Positions 38,501 through 49,500 of a stretch of DNA of 64,000 nucleotides are shown here, piece after piece (the stretch's first letter is position 1; every line of letters starts with the position of its first letter). This stretch comes from Tubulanus polymorphus (Eukaryota > Animalia > Nemertea). The notes under the pieces were generated by a model. That model worked only from the letters and a program-made list of their open reading frames with translations, was not told the DNA's origin and did no database searches. The stretch is from NCBI RefSeq assembly GCF_964204645.1, contig NC_134029.1:24484950-24548949 (forward strand), written 5' to 3'. The position numbers and the translations under genes were made by a program.

Positions 38501-41500
38501 CTTTATACAAATTCTAAAGATTAATACATGAAATTTATTCATTAAAACAAAAATTAAAGGACATATCACAGACTCTAGAGACCATCGCTAGGTTAGAGAG
38601 TTTGAAACAGTTGTGGTCTTTTTATTTTAATTTTTGATGGATAAATTTTGTTTAAAAAAAATCTATTAGTCTATATATTTTATGTTTGTATATTAAGTGG
38701 GTTTTAACGATATCATCTATTCTCCACGTCTTGAGTTTGTACACACTAGTCTACGATAAAGTTATGGATAGTTTAGAACTAGCCGATGAATTGAGGTCGA
38801 TCAGGAATTGTTTGTCAGTTAAACACGAACTGTTTACATCGAAAATAAATCAATTGAAGAAATGCGCTTCAGATTTCGGTCGGATTGGATTATCAGTAAA
38901 GAGTAAGTTTGTTGCAGGCAGGGAAAACATCGCTCTTTAAAAGAGTAAGATTAAAAAACTCCTGATTATATACCAATAAAACTGTCACTGCTAATGATTG
39001 ATTTGTATTTAATGTACATAAATAGATCTTTGATTCATGGCATTGATTTAAATACAACCTTTATAAATGAACAAGTGATTCTCAATGATTTTCATCGTGT
39101 ATATTTTGTGTCTTTGTTTTTGTAGAGTTGCAGAAAAACCACGAATGCAAATTAAACGAAATAACGCAAAGATTTGAGGAAATAAAATTCACCTTATCGG
39201 TAAGTGTAACGAGCACCAGGCAGAGACCGGTTACATCAGACATAATCATCGTAAATTCTCAAAACCTCACAGACTGATTACAGTAGACAGAAATACCGTA
39301 AATTCTCTAACGCTCTGTGATTATAAGAACAATCTCTGAAAAACTGATTATCATGATTATTTTTAGGATAAGGTTTATACATTAAAAGCTGAATGCGATG
39401 AATTAAGGAATCGAGCTCATTATTATGAGGAAGCCTTGCAACGTGATACGGACTATAAAGTACAGGTACATAACTATTCCTCTCTACCCCGGACCCTCGA
39501 ACAATACATGTTTTGCTATGGTTTGTCCCGCTCGCTAGAATGTGTTTTACGTTAAGCTTTGAAATGCATTAAACAGATGACATATTTTTCACCCTTGCAA
39601 CGAGTTTTTTTAGTTGTGTTTGTTAGTTTTTCTATTTGTTAGTTCAGTTTTTCGTTGTATGTTTTTTTAGTTAAAACCGTTGAAATTATTTCAGCGAAAA
39701 ACATCAATTAATCGTAAAACTAGTGGAAATGATGAATCCATGGATAAATGCATAGAGGTATCCTGATAACTCCTTCCTTTCCCCCTGCTTAACCCCCTTA
39801 AAGCCCCTACTGTGGTCGTCAGACTGACTAATAACTATTTCACACTAACCACTCCCCCTCCACACCCCTCCACCCTCAGTTTGGTTAACGGTTGCATGAT
39901 ATGGTGATATTAACAAGTGGCTTGGTCTCCCGCACCCCTCTCCCCTAACCTGCTAGATTGGAGTAAGATGGAGATGGATTAGCACCTGGTTCCAGCATTT
40001 AGATCCATAGATCAAACTCAAAACAAGTCATAATTTTGTGATCAAATTTTTGTTCAGATTCAATGTAAGCCTTCATTCTGGAACCAGGGTTTTGTGAAAA
40101 TAATGTTGATTTGGTGGTTGAAATTGGCACAATTGTGAATCTCTAGGGTACCGGGCACCATGTACCAAGGTAATGTTCACTGTGTACCTGAGTAGTGGGC
40201 ACCGGGCACTCTGTACCAGGTAGTCATAACACATTAACAATATACATATCTATAACACAACAATAACCAACATTCATATTTCTGATATATACTACAAATA
40301 ATCTGATGTATTTAGTGCGTCTAGTCTGTGCATTACCCTTTCAACAAAGCTCATAAAATTGCAAAATAGGAAAATGTATATATAATCATTTCAACTACTC
40401 ATAAAACCAATGCAAACAACACCTGATTTTATGAACGGTACGATGTGAATTTTAATTTCGTTCATTTATTTACAGTTGGCTCTAGCTCCTTACAGAAGTC
40501 TTCCTCAAGAAATAGAATCGATGAAAACTATTTTAGAAATGAGAAATCAAGAAATACATGAACTTCGAACGAAGAAACTTGAAATGGAGGAAGAAGTAAG
40601 AATTGAACGGTTTAATATCTGATATTTCGAGGTTCAACGTGTGTGTTCTCTACGGTATATAAACTGTTTATAATTACAGCTGAAAGAACTCCCTCCGTCT
40701 CGTGAAAAAATCATCATGCTCGAACAAAAAATAGAGAATCTCGAAGCTATTATAAACATCAAAAGCGATTACGAAAAGTAAGTTTTTCCTTCTACGGAAT
40801 TCGGGGGAAAATTGAATTCGTTGAAACTTGTTTAAATTGATGATCTATGATGATCATGATGTCGATGACTTACACTTAGCAAGTTGAATTGTAAATAGAA
40901 ATTTGGTCTCATTGACAACTTGAATTTGACTGTTCAGTAAACCTCATACATGGCTCAACTTGGTCTGACAGAAATTAAATTATTCTCTGATTTCCTCTGG
41001 TCTTTCTTTCCCATCACTCAGACTTCTCTGAACTCTGATTTTACCGGTTCCAGTTTGTCCCGGTTTTTAAATACTGATTGTTATCTTATCAAATTGTTAA
41101 TAGCTAAAACTTTTATTTCATTTATTTTCAGGCAACTTTCCGAGAAACAACAAGTTTTAATGCGTAAATTAGATCGAGAATCTAAAGCTAATAAACGTTT
41201 ATCGATGAATAATGAGGAGTTAGTTTACAAACTGGAGGCGACATCTCCGGTTCCGACTCCGGTTCCGACTCCCGGAGACTCTCGCAAACTTAAATCGCCT
41301 ACAATGGTTACCGTGGATACATCGGAGGTCGTGCGCAGGAGATCGCAAACTAAATCTCCGCCGGGAAGCGGCGAGGATAATTACCGATCGTCTCAAGTTC
41401 CGATCAGACGTTCGATCTCTCGTACGGGAGACGTCAACGAAAACAGAAAATCATCGACTTCTAAATATGACGATGAAAGTAAGTACTATCAGACACTATG

Positions 41501-42455
41501 AGATCATTTCTCTACGTGATTACCGGTATGTGATCACTGGTGAATGATCACTCGTGCTGTGATCGCGATCGTCTTAACCGTGCATGGAACTAAAATTTGC
41601 CGGGAAAATGATGGAATGAAACAGATTTAAACCGCATGAAGTGAAGCTACCTGCGTGTGATTCACATCTCGGAGAATTTTGTCTCGAAGTTTGCGTCAGA
41701 ATTTGTGGAATTTGAGCGAATGAATTGGGTTTGAGGATTATTAAACCTGCATGTGAGGAGGAGAAACTAACGACTCAACTCTGCATGTGAGGAGGAGAAA
41801 CTAACGACTCAACTCTGCATGTAGCGTCAACTACTACTCAGATTGTCTGCATGTTTTACTGAATACTGAATGATTGTAGTCTAGTTTCATGGTCCAGGAC
41901 TCAGTTCCACGGCTCTGAATTTGACTCAAGAGTTAACCCTATTGATATTGAATTAATACTAACTTACATCTGTGGAACTGAATCGTGGCGACAGTTTTGT
42001 AGTCAGAAGATTTATGTATGAGCCCAATTTTGGTTTTGTGGCCAGTCTTACAACGTAACATCAGTCATAAGATTGAACTCTGATTTTGGACTCGTTTCAT
42101 TCACAACTGTAAGACCTGGTACGAAGCTCAAACATTGAATGAATCCTTTATTAGGAGTTGGATTTGATTCTGGTCTACGATAAAAACTGACTCTTTCTTC
42201 TAAATCCGCTGTTATTTATGGCATGTTTTATTTTACAAATTGTCTCTGTTCATGTAGAATTAAGAGTACGATGTACTAAAAACAAATTTCAATTCTCTGT
42301 GCTAAATAAATGAATTTGAAGTGCAATATTTAAGGAATTGTTGAATATAAAACTGTATCTTGTTTTCGATAGTTGTTGTATCTCGCAATGATGATTTTCT
42401 GATATATTTATAACGGTGAGAATTGTATGATTTTATTGCAGACAATTCGAGATGA
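16847..42455 (+). CDS. CAP-Gly domain-containing MTUS1/MTUS2 (ATIP/toucan)-like microtubule-associated coiled-coil protein, longest isoform
   Basis: ATG at 16847-16849 splices in phase 0 to exon 20432-22229 (CAP-Gly). Further exons at ~22703-22882, 23600-23705, 24054-25858, 26010-26098, 27120-27185, 28581-28688, 34416-34543, 35104-35324 (QEISRLEALCEARTKEL..GFDAMAIMVQY), 35973-36054, 36299-36457, 36723-36778, 37148-37253, 37678-37782, 39126-39199, 39368-39465, 40476-40595 (YRSLPQEIESMKTILEMRNQEIHELR), 40680-40777, 41132-41478 (ESKANKRLSMNNEELVYKL, MTUS signature) and 42442-42455. An unspliced alternative stop lies at 41501. Confidence 0.8.
18648..18963. repeat. 27-bp tandem repeat, ~11.5 near-identical copies
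   Basis: ctgtatatggttgagatactgataagt repeated. Confidence 0.95.
20195..20345. repeat. Pyrimidine-rich tandem repeat (ctgtctcagacaccctctcccc)
   Basis: ~4 degenerate copies. Confidence 0.75.
21032..21232 (+). other. CAP-Gly domain
   Basis: FKQGDYICISGVKFGIVRYFGRVHFAEGLWCGVELREPDGRHDGTIEGVSYFNCPVNCGIFAP. GRHDG corresponds to the GKNDG motif. Confidence 0.92.
22372..22570. repeat. 27-bp tandem repeat, ~7 copies
   Basis: gtggattcaggctgtattccactgtgg repeated. Confidence 0.9.
27205..27294. mobile_element. Possible 90-bp piggyBac-like mini-element
   Basis: TTAA-ccctttataa ... ttataaaggg-TTAT. Single copy in the window. Confidence 0.45.
27718..28005. repeat. 13/14-bp minisatellite (gagtgggttcctct / gagaaggttcctct)
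   Basis: ~20 tandem units. Confidence 0.9.
29583..29710 (+). CDS. Probable alternative first coding exon of the MTUS-like gene (MPNVGCFGRRRGK...KSSKG)
   Basis: ATG, open frame and strong phase-1 donor G|GTGAGT, compatible with the phase-1 acceptor at 34416. Confidence 0.55.
30246..30777. repeat. 16-bp pyrimidine-rich tandem repeat, ~33 copies
   Basis: tctctagtctctcctc repeated. Confidence 0.95.
30865..31275. repeat. ~57-60-bp tandem repeat with internal hairpin and (TAACCC)2, ~6 copies
   Basis: gtgacatcacagatcccaatggctgggatctaaccctaaccctaggtcaggtgacca repeated. Confidence 0.9.
33879..34336 (+). CDS. Probable alternative first coding exon of the MTUS-like gene (MTMKLNTQRP...VDVV)
   Basis: Basic S/T/P-rich ORF starting at ATG, phase-1 donor G|GTAAGT, 79-nt intron to exon 34416. 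No obvious in-frame acceptor upstream. Confidence 0.7.
36108..36192. repeat. 20-bp minisatellite family C
   Basis: ctgtggaactggatccagaa, ~4 copies. Confidence 0.8.
37845..38026. mobile_element. piggyBac-like MITE, family B copy 3 (inverted, internally deleted)
   Basis: TTAA-ccctttcagtgc ... gtactgaaaggg-TTAA. Interior is the reverse complement of copy 1. Confidence 0.85.
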
Positions 42456-43002
42456 AGTGGTTTTGAGCTAATCTTCCCCTTCAGGGATTTCCCCTCATGT
42501 CTCGAGGCCCCCAGGTCTGATGAAGTGTAGTTGATTGTTGTTTATTCGACGTAGTCACGGTTTCAAAATTTTCGATTTCTGAATCGTCAAAGTACGGGGG
42601 CAGCCAGTAGAGGGCAGTGCAGAGTATGACCTCGGGGTATTCTGGGTTCAGAGTTTAAGTGTACTTACCGATTTAAAGGAATTGTGTGAATAATGTTGTC
42701 AAGGTCTTCAGTTCTCTTGTAATGTCGATGTAAATGAAGGGTCCATGTTGTAACATCTTAAACGGCAGCATCAATTTCATTCGCTTGCTTCAAACTGTTT
42801 AAAACTCAATTGATTTATGTGTCACAAATCTGTGCAAATCATTAACTCTACTACTTTATACAGCAGGGTGCCAACTTTTAATATTCCTCTGGTTTAAATG
42901 GAGGCTTGTAATGAGGGATAAAGCAGGGATTCTGTGGAAACATCCGGGATGCTATGTATCTGTACAATTCGGGCGGTATCTACCTGATTCAGCTAGGGTG
43001 TT

Positions 43003-43453
43003 TTGGATACCGCTGCTGTATTTCGGATACCGCTGCTGTATTTCGGATACCGCTGCTGTATTTCGGATACCGCTGCTGTATTTCGGATACCGCTGCTGTA
43101 TTTCGGATACCGCTGCTGTATTTCGGATACCGCTGCTGTATTTCGGATACCGCTGCTGTATTTCGGATACCGCTGCTGTATTTCGGATACCGCTGCTGTA
43201 TTTCGGATACCGCTGCTGTATTTCGGATACGGCTGCAGTATTTCCGATACCGCTGCTGTATTTCGGATACCGCTGCTGTATTTCGGATACCGCTGCTGTA
43301 TTTCGGATACCGCTGCTGTATTTCGGATACCGCTGCTGTATTTCCGATACCGCTGCTGTATTTCCGATACCGCTGCTGTATTTCCGATACCGCTGCTGTA
43401 TTTCGGATACTGCTGGGTAGTTTCCGATACCGCTGGGTTGTCATGGATACCAC
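43003..43453. repeat. 20-bp tandem repeat, ~22 highly homogeneous copies, in the probable 3' UTR
   Basis: gataccgctgctgtatttcg repeated. Confidence 0.95.
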
Positions 43454-43785
43454 TGTGGTGATATGTTGTAAATAACGATAGTGTGTTTTTGTTTCACTGG
43501 TGAACTGAGGTCTCAATTCACTGAACCTGCATAATAAGCATGTGAACTCTCTAACACTACTGACCATTACTGACCACTACTGGGTCCCTTCTTGTGACCG
43601 CTACAGGTCAGTACTGATCAGTAGTTGGCTGCTAATGACCAGTAATGGTCACTAATGACCAGAACTGTGCCAAATATCTGTGTTAAAATGAAGCTTGTAG
43701 ATGATATTTATAAAGATGTTTTTGTGATACGTTTCATGCTTGATCGATGATATGTGCAGTCAAACCTCTGTGAGGAGAACACTCC

Positions 43786-43964
43786 TGGTGTTCACTCAGT
43801 GTGGTGTGCAGGTGTTCACTCAGTGTGGTGTGCAGGTGTTCACTCAGCGCAGTGTGCAGGTGTTCACTCAGTGCGGTGTTCATGTGTTCACTCAGCGCGG
43901 TGTGCAGGTGTCCACTCAGCGCAATGTTCAGGTGTTCACTCAGTGCGGTGTGCAGGTGTTCACT
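43786..43964. repeat. 24-bp tandem repeat, ~7 copies
   Basis: caggtgttcactcagtgtggtgtg repeated. Confidence 0.9.
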
Positions 43965-44655
43965 GTCTCATTCTGAGGTTCTCGATGTAAATTGTGTAAT
44001 GTATAAGTGTCAGTCCGATGTAATTATTTAAAAACTGTTTGTACAGAAGAGATTTTAAATCAGTATTTATTGAGAGCTACTAGAAATATGGCTTTTAGAA
44101 ATATATTTTGTTTTCGTTAATAGAATAAGATATTTTCAGTTTCTCTATGAAACTAATTTTCTAAATTTCCTGCGACTAATTTATTTGATTGTGTAAGAAT
44201 TTTTTTGGGGGGCTAAAGGATTCTGGCTATGTTCAGAGTAATATAAGGTAAATCTATAATTGAAACTGGTCCAATTCATTAAATACATATCATTTCTTCA
44301 TTTAATCCCTGCTATAAGATACTTATCATAAGTGTCTGATTCATTTTAAACAGTTAAACAGTAATGGTCTAGTGTCTATTTATTTTCAGAGTCTTTTGTC
44401 AGATATTTATTTATATTTTGTGCGTTTTCTCTGTTGATCTCCACTCATTTCATCTTTAAACGCGCAACATGTATGAAATAAGGTGTCAGCACAACTAGTG
44501 TACTTGTAAGATTATGCAAATTATATGTTAATTAGGCTCTATTTGAATTCGTTGCCAGTGTAAAATTAGTGTCATTGTTTATTTCAAGCCTAGTTTATTT
44601 TTAAGAATTCAACTCCTGTCAACCATTCGAATTATTTTGTCAATGTTTAAATGAA

Positions 44656-44661
44656 AATAAA
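44656..44661 (+). terminator. Candidate poly(A) signal of the MTUS-like gene
   Basis: AATAAA followed ~25 nt later by GT-rich ttgttgtgatgtg. Confidence 0.5.
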
Positions 44662-44764
44662 AGACATTATCAAAATATGAAATGATTTGTTGTGATGTGA
44701 TCTTAATCTTGATTACTCTCGAGATATCATGACTATTTCGCCATCTATTGGAATATCGGTGAAC

Positions 44765-46258
44765 TAACTACACTAGCGATACAGCACCCTCTAGAGGTAT
44801 TTCAGTGAACTGCATTATCGATACAGCACCACCTACAGGAATATCAGTGAACTACACTATTAATGCAGCACCCCCTACAGGAATATCGGTGAGCTACACC
44901 ATCAATGCAGCACCCCCTAGAGGATTATCCATGAACTACACCATCAATGTAGCACCTCCTAGAGGAATATCAGTGAACTACACCATAAATGCAGCCCCCC
45001 TGGAGGATTATCAGTGAACTACACCGTAAATACAGCACCTCCTAGAGGAATATCAGTGAACTACACTATCTATATAGCACCCCCTACAAGAATATCAGTG
45101 AACTACACTATCGATACAGCACCCCTAGAGGAATATCAGTGAACTACACTATCAATACAGCACCCCCTAGAGGAATATCAGTGAACTACACCATAAATAC
45201 AGCACCTCCTAGAGGAATATAAGAGAACTACACTATCAATACAGCACCCCCTAGAGGAATATAAGTGAACTACACCATAAATACAGCACTTCCTAGAGGA
45301 ATATCAGTGAACTGCACTATCGATACAGCACCCCCTAGAGGAATATCAGTGAACTACACTATCGGTACAGCACCCCCTAGATGAATATCAGTGAACTACA
45401 CTATCGATACAGCACCCCCTAGAGGAATATCAGTGAACTACACTATCATTACAGCACCCCCTAGAGGAATATCAGTGAACTACACTATCGATACAGCACC
45501 CCCTAGAGGAATATCAGTGAACTACACTATTAATGCAGCACCCCCTTGAGGAATATCAGTGAACTACACTATCAATACAGAACCACCTAGAGGAATATCA
45601 GTGAACTACACTATGAATACAGCACCTCCTAGAGGAATATAAGAGAACTACACTATCAATACAGCACCCCCTAGAGGAATATAAGTGAACTACACCATAA
45701 ATACAGCACTTCCTAGAGGAATATCAGTGAACTGCACTATCGATATAGCACCCCCTAGAGGAATATCAGTGAACTACACTATCGATACAGCACCCCCTAG
45801 AGGAATATCAGTGAACTACACTATCGATACAGCACCCCCTAGAGGAATATCAGTGAACTACACTATTAATGCAGCACCCCCTAGAGGAATATCAGTGAAC
45901 TACACTATCGATACAGCACCCCAAAGAGGAATATCAGTGAACTACACTATCGATACAGCACCCCCAAGAGGAATATCAGTGAACTACACTATCGATACAG
46001 CACCCCTAGATGAATATCAGTGAACTACACTATCGATACAGCACCCCCTAGAGGAATATCAGTGAACTACACTATTAATGCAGCACCCCCTTGAGGAATA
46101 TCAGTGAACTACACTATCGATACAGCAACCCCTAGAGGAATATCAGTGAACTACACTATCAATACAGCACCCCCTAGATGAATATCAGTGAACTACACTA
46201 TGAATGCAGCACCCCCTCGAGGAATATCAGTGAACTACACTATGAATAGAGCACCCCC
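44765..46258 (+). repeat. Left arm: 39-bp tandem array, ~38 units
   Basis: gcaccccctagaggaatatcagtgaactacactatcgataca-type unit. Confidence 0.95.
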
Positions 46259-46324
46259 AGAGTTATCGATAGTGTAGTTCACTGATATTCCTGTAGGGGT
46301 GCTGTATCGATAGTGCAGTTCAAT

Positions 46325-47197
46325 GAATAGAGGATGTACAGAGGTGTCCCGGGTTCGAACCCAGTAATTACTGATACTGATTCAGAGTGGTCCTGATGCC
46401 GAATAGAGGATGTACAAGGGCGTCCCGGGTTCGAACCCGTAATTACTAACACTGATCACAGTGGTCCTGATGCTGAATAGAGGATGAACATGGGTGTCCC
46501 GGGTTCGAACCCAGTAATCACTGATACTGATGCAGAGTTGTCCCGATGCTGAATAGAGGATGTACAGGGGTACCCGACGGGAGAGATATCAAGATTTTCT
46601 ACCGTTATCGCCATCTATTGGAATTTGCCTGAACTGACTAGACAGCTCTTACTTGTCTCACCGACTCTTCTTTAATCCGTTAAAATCACTCTCGCCATCT
46701 GGTGGATATAACCATCATTAGACTGTAGTAACATAGAAATCCACCAGATGGCAAGTGTGATTTCAACGCACTGAAGAAGAGTCGGTGAGGCAAGTAAGAG
46801 CTATCTAGTCGGTTCTGCCAAAATCCAATAGATGGCGATCATAGCATCATTATTAAACTAAGCGGATGTCCCGGGTTCGTACCCAGTAATTACTGACACT
46901 GATTCAAAGTGGTCCTGATGCTGAATAGAGGATGTACAGAGGTGTCCAGGGTTCAAATCCAGTTATTACTGACACCGATTCAGATTGGTCCTGATGCCGA
47001 ATAGAGGATGTACAGGTGTTCCGGGTTCGAACCCAGTAATCACTGATACTGATTCAGAGTGGTCCTGATGCCGAATAGAGAATGTACAGGGTTGTCCCGG
47101 GTTCGAACCCAGTAATTACTGCTACTAATTCAGAGTGGTCCTGATGCTGAATAGAGGATGTACAGGAGTGTCCCGGGTTCGAATCCAGTAATTACTG
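46325..47197 (+). repeat. ~75-bp tRNA/SINE-head-like tandem array with Pol III B-box, ~8 units, interrupted at ~46577-46865
   Basis: gaatagaggatgtacag..tgtcccGGGTTCGAACCCagtaattactgatactgattcagagtggtcctgatgc. Unit starts at 46325, 46401, 46475, 46551, 46923, 47000, 47073 and 47149. Confidence 0.85.
46607..46839. mobile_element. ~233-bp hairpin (MITE-like) nested in the B-box array, with the same termini as the outer element
   Basis: Arms of ~100 nt: atcgccatctattgga..ctagacagctcttacttgtctcaccgactcttc..gccatctggtggat pairs with atccaccagatggc..gaagagtcggtgaggcaagtaagagctatctag..tccaatagatggcgat. Confidence 0.8.
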
Positions 47198-47721
47198 GTA
47201 TTGTGTCTCTTTTTACGTGGTTTTAAAAGAACACGGTTTAATTTTTCAGTCGAAAATCATTCATGTCAGTAGAAACACTAAACCATTGACTGTTTTAATG
47301 AAATATCTATAATTTATCTAACTACACAAGGATTAGATTATCGCAAGATCCCTCGACTGCCAGAGTAACATTCCTATCTGCCATTCATGAAAATCTATAC
47401 GGATTCTTAACAAAGCATCTATTGAGATTTTAGTTCACTGAAAATCCAATAGATGGGGGTCAATTATCAAAAAATCCTTTAGACCCCAAATAGAGTTACA
47501 AAAACCTCCCGAAATTGATATGTTCAGTATCCTAGGTATATCTATGAATTCAAAACATATTCAAATTACTTTTAAATTCGTTAATTAGGCAACGTAATTA
47601 TTCGTCTAACGTTTTTGAGCTTATTTAGAAACGACTGTTTAGCCCAGAATTTCAGGGTACACAATTCCATCAGAAACCGGTGTCAATAACTACAGTCGTT
47701 TCTATCTAATCTCAATAACGT

Positions 47722-49500
47722 GGTATAGTTCACTTATATTCCTCTAGGGGGTGCTGTATCGACAGTGCAGTTCACTGATATTCCTCTAGGGGGTGCTGCA
47801 TTGATGGTGTAGTTCACTGATATTCCTCTAGGGGTGCTGTATTTATGGTGTAGTTCACTGATATTCCTCTAGGAGGTGCTGTATTTATGGTGTAGTTCAC
47901 TGATATTCCTCTAGGGGGTGCTGTATTTATGGTGTAGTTCACTGATATTCCTCTAGGGGGTGCTGTATCGATGGTGTAGTTCACTGATATTCCTCTAGAT
48001 GGTTCTGTATTTATAGTGTAGTTCACTGATATTCCTCTAGGGAGTGCTGTATTTATGGTGTAGTTCACTGATATTCCTCTAGGGGGTGCTGTATTTCACT
48101 GATATTTCTATAGGGGGTGCTGTATCGATAGTTTAGTTCACTGATATTCCTCTAGGGGGTGCTGTATTTATGGTGTAGTTCACTGATATTCCTCTAGGGG
48201 TGCTGTATCGATAGTGTAGTTCACTGATATTCCTCTAGGGGGTGCTGTATCGATGGTGTAGTTCACTGATATTCCTCTAGATGGTTCTGTATTTATAGTG
48301 TAGTTCACTGATATTCCTCTAGGGGGTGCTGTATTGATAGTGTAGTTCACTGATAATCCTCTAGGTGGTTCTGTATTGAAAGTGTAGTTCACTGATATTC
48401 CTCTAGGTGGTTCTGTATTGATAGTGTAGTTCACTGATATTCCTCTAGGGGTAGCTGTATCGATAGTGTAGTTCACTGATATTCCTCTAGATGGTTCTGT
48501 ATTTATAGTGTAGTTCACTGATATTCCTCTTGGGGTGCTGTATTTATGGTGTAGTTCACTGATATTCCTCTAGGAGGTGCTGTATTTATGGTGTAGTTCA
48601 CTGATATTCCTCTAGGGGGTGCTGTATTTATGGTGTAGTTCACTGATATTCCTATAGGGGGTGCTGTATCGATAGTTTAGTTCACTGATATTCCTCTAGG
48701 GGGTGCTGTATTCATGGTGTAGTTCACTGATATTCCTCTAGGGGTGCTGTATCGATAGTGTAGTTCACTGATATTCCTCTAGGGAGTGCTGTATTTATGG
48801 TGTAGTTCACTGATATTCCTCTAGGGGGTGCTGTATTTCACTGATATTTCTATAGGGGGTGCTGTATCGATAGTTTAGTTCACTGATATTCCTCTAGGGG
48901 GTGCTGTATTTATGGTGTAGTTCACTGATATTCCTCTAGGGGTGCTGTATCGATAGTGTAGTTCACTGATATTCCTCTAGGGGGTGCTGTATCGATGGTG
49001 TAGTTCACTGATATTCCTCTAGATGGTTCTGTATTTATAGTGTAGTTCACTGATATTCCTCTAGGGGGTGCTGTATTGATAGTGTAGTTCACTGATAATC
49101 CTCTAGGTGGTTCTGTATTGATAGTGTAGTTCACTGATATTCCTCTAGGTGGTTCTGTATTGATAGTGTAGTTCACTGATATTCCTCTAGGGGGTGCTGT
49201 ATCGATAGTGTAGTTCACTGATATTCCTCTAGATGGTTCTGTATTTATAGTGTAGTTCACTGATATTCCTCTACGGGGTGCTGTATCGATAGTGTAGTTC
49301 ACTGATATTCCTCTAGGGGGTGCTGTATCGATAGTGTAGTTCACTGATATTCCTCTAGATGGTTCTGTATTTATAGTGTAGTTCACTGATATTCCTCTAC
49401 GGGGTGCTGTATCGATAGTGTAGTTCACTGATATTCCTCTAGGGGGTGCTGTATTGATAGTTTAGTTCACTGATAATCCTCTAGGGGGTGCTGGGTATTG
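47722..49500 (-). repeat. Right arm: 39-bp tandem array, inverted relative to the left arm, ~45 units
   Basis: gtgtagttcactgatattcctctagggggtgctgtatcgata-type unit. Confidence 0.95.

Noticed and set aside
38040-39100. Possible transposon coding remnant in an AT-rich intron (84-aa ORF at 38686)
   Set aside because: No recognisable domain, termini or second copy.
42911-43567. Cys-rich ORFs in four frames
   Set aside because: Artefacts of a stop-free 20-bp repeat.
46325-47197. Functional tRNA gene cluster
   Set aside because: Only the T-loop and a D-loop-like motif are recognisable. No consistent acceptor or anticodon stem and no oligo-T terminators between units.
44765-49500. CRISPR array or repeat-protein ORFs (NYTIDTAPPRGISV)n
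   Set aside because: Units are contiguous with no unique spacers, there are no cas genes and the context is eukaryotic. The ORFs arise because 39 is divisible by 3 and are broken by 1-nt indels.
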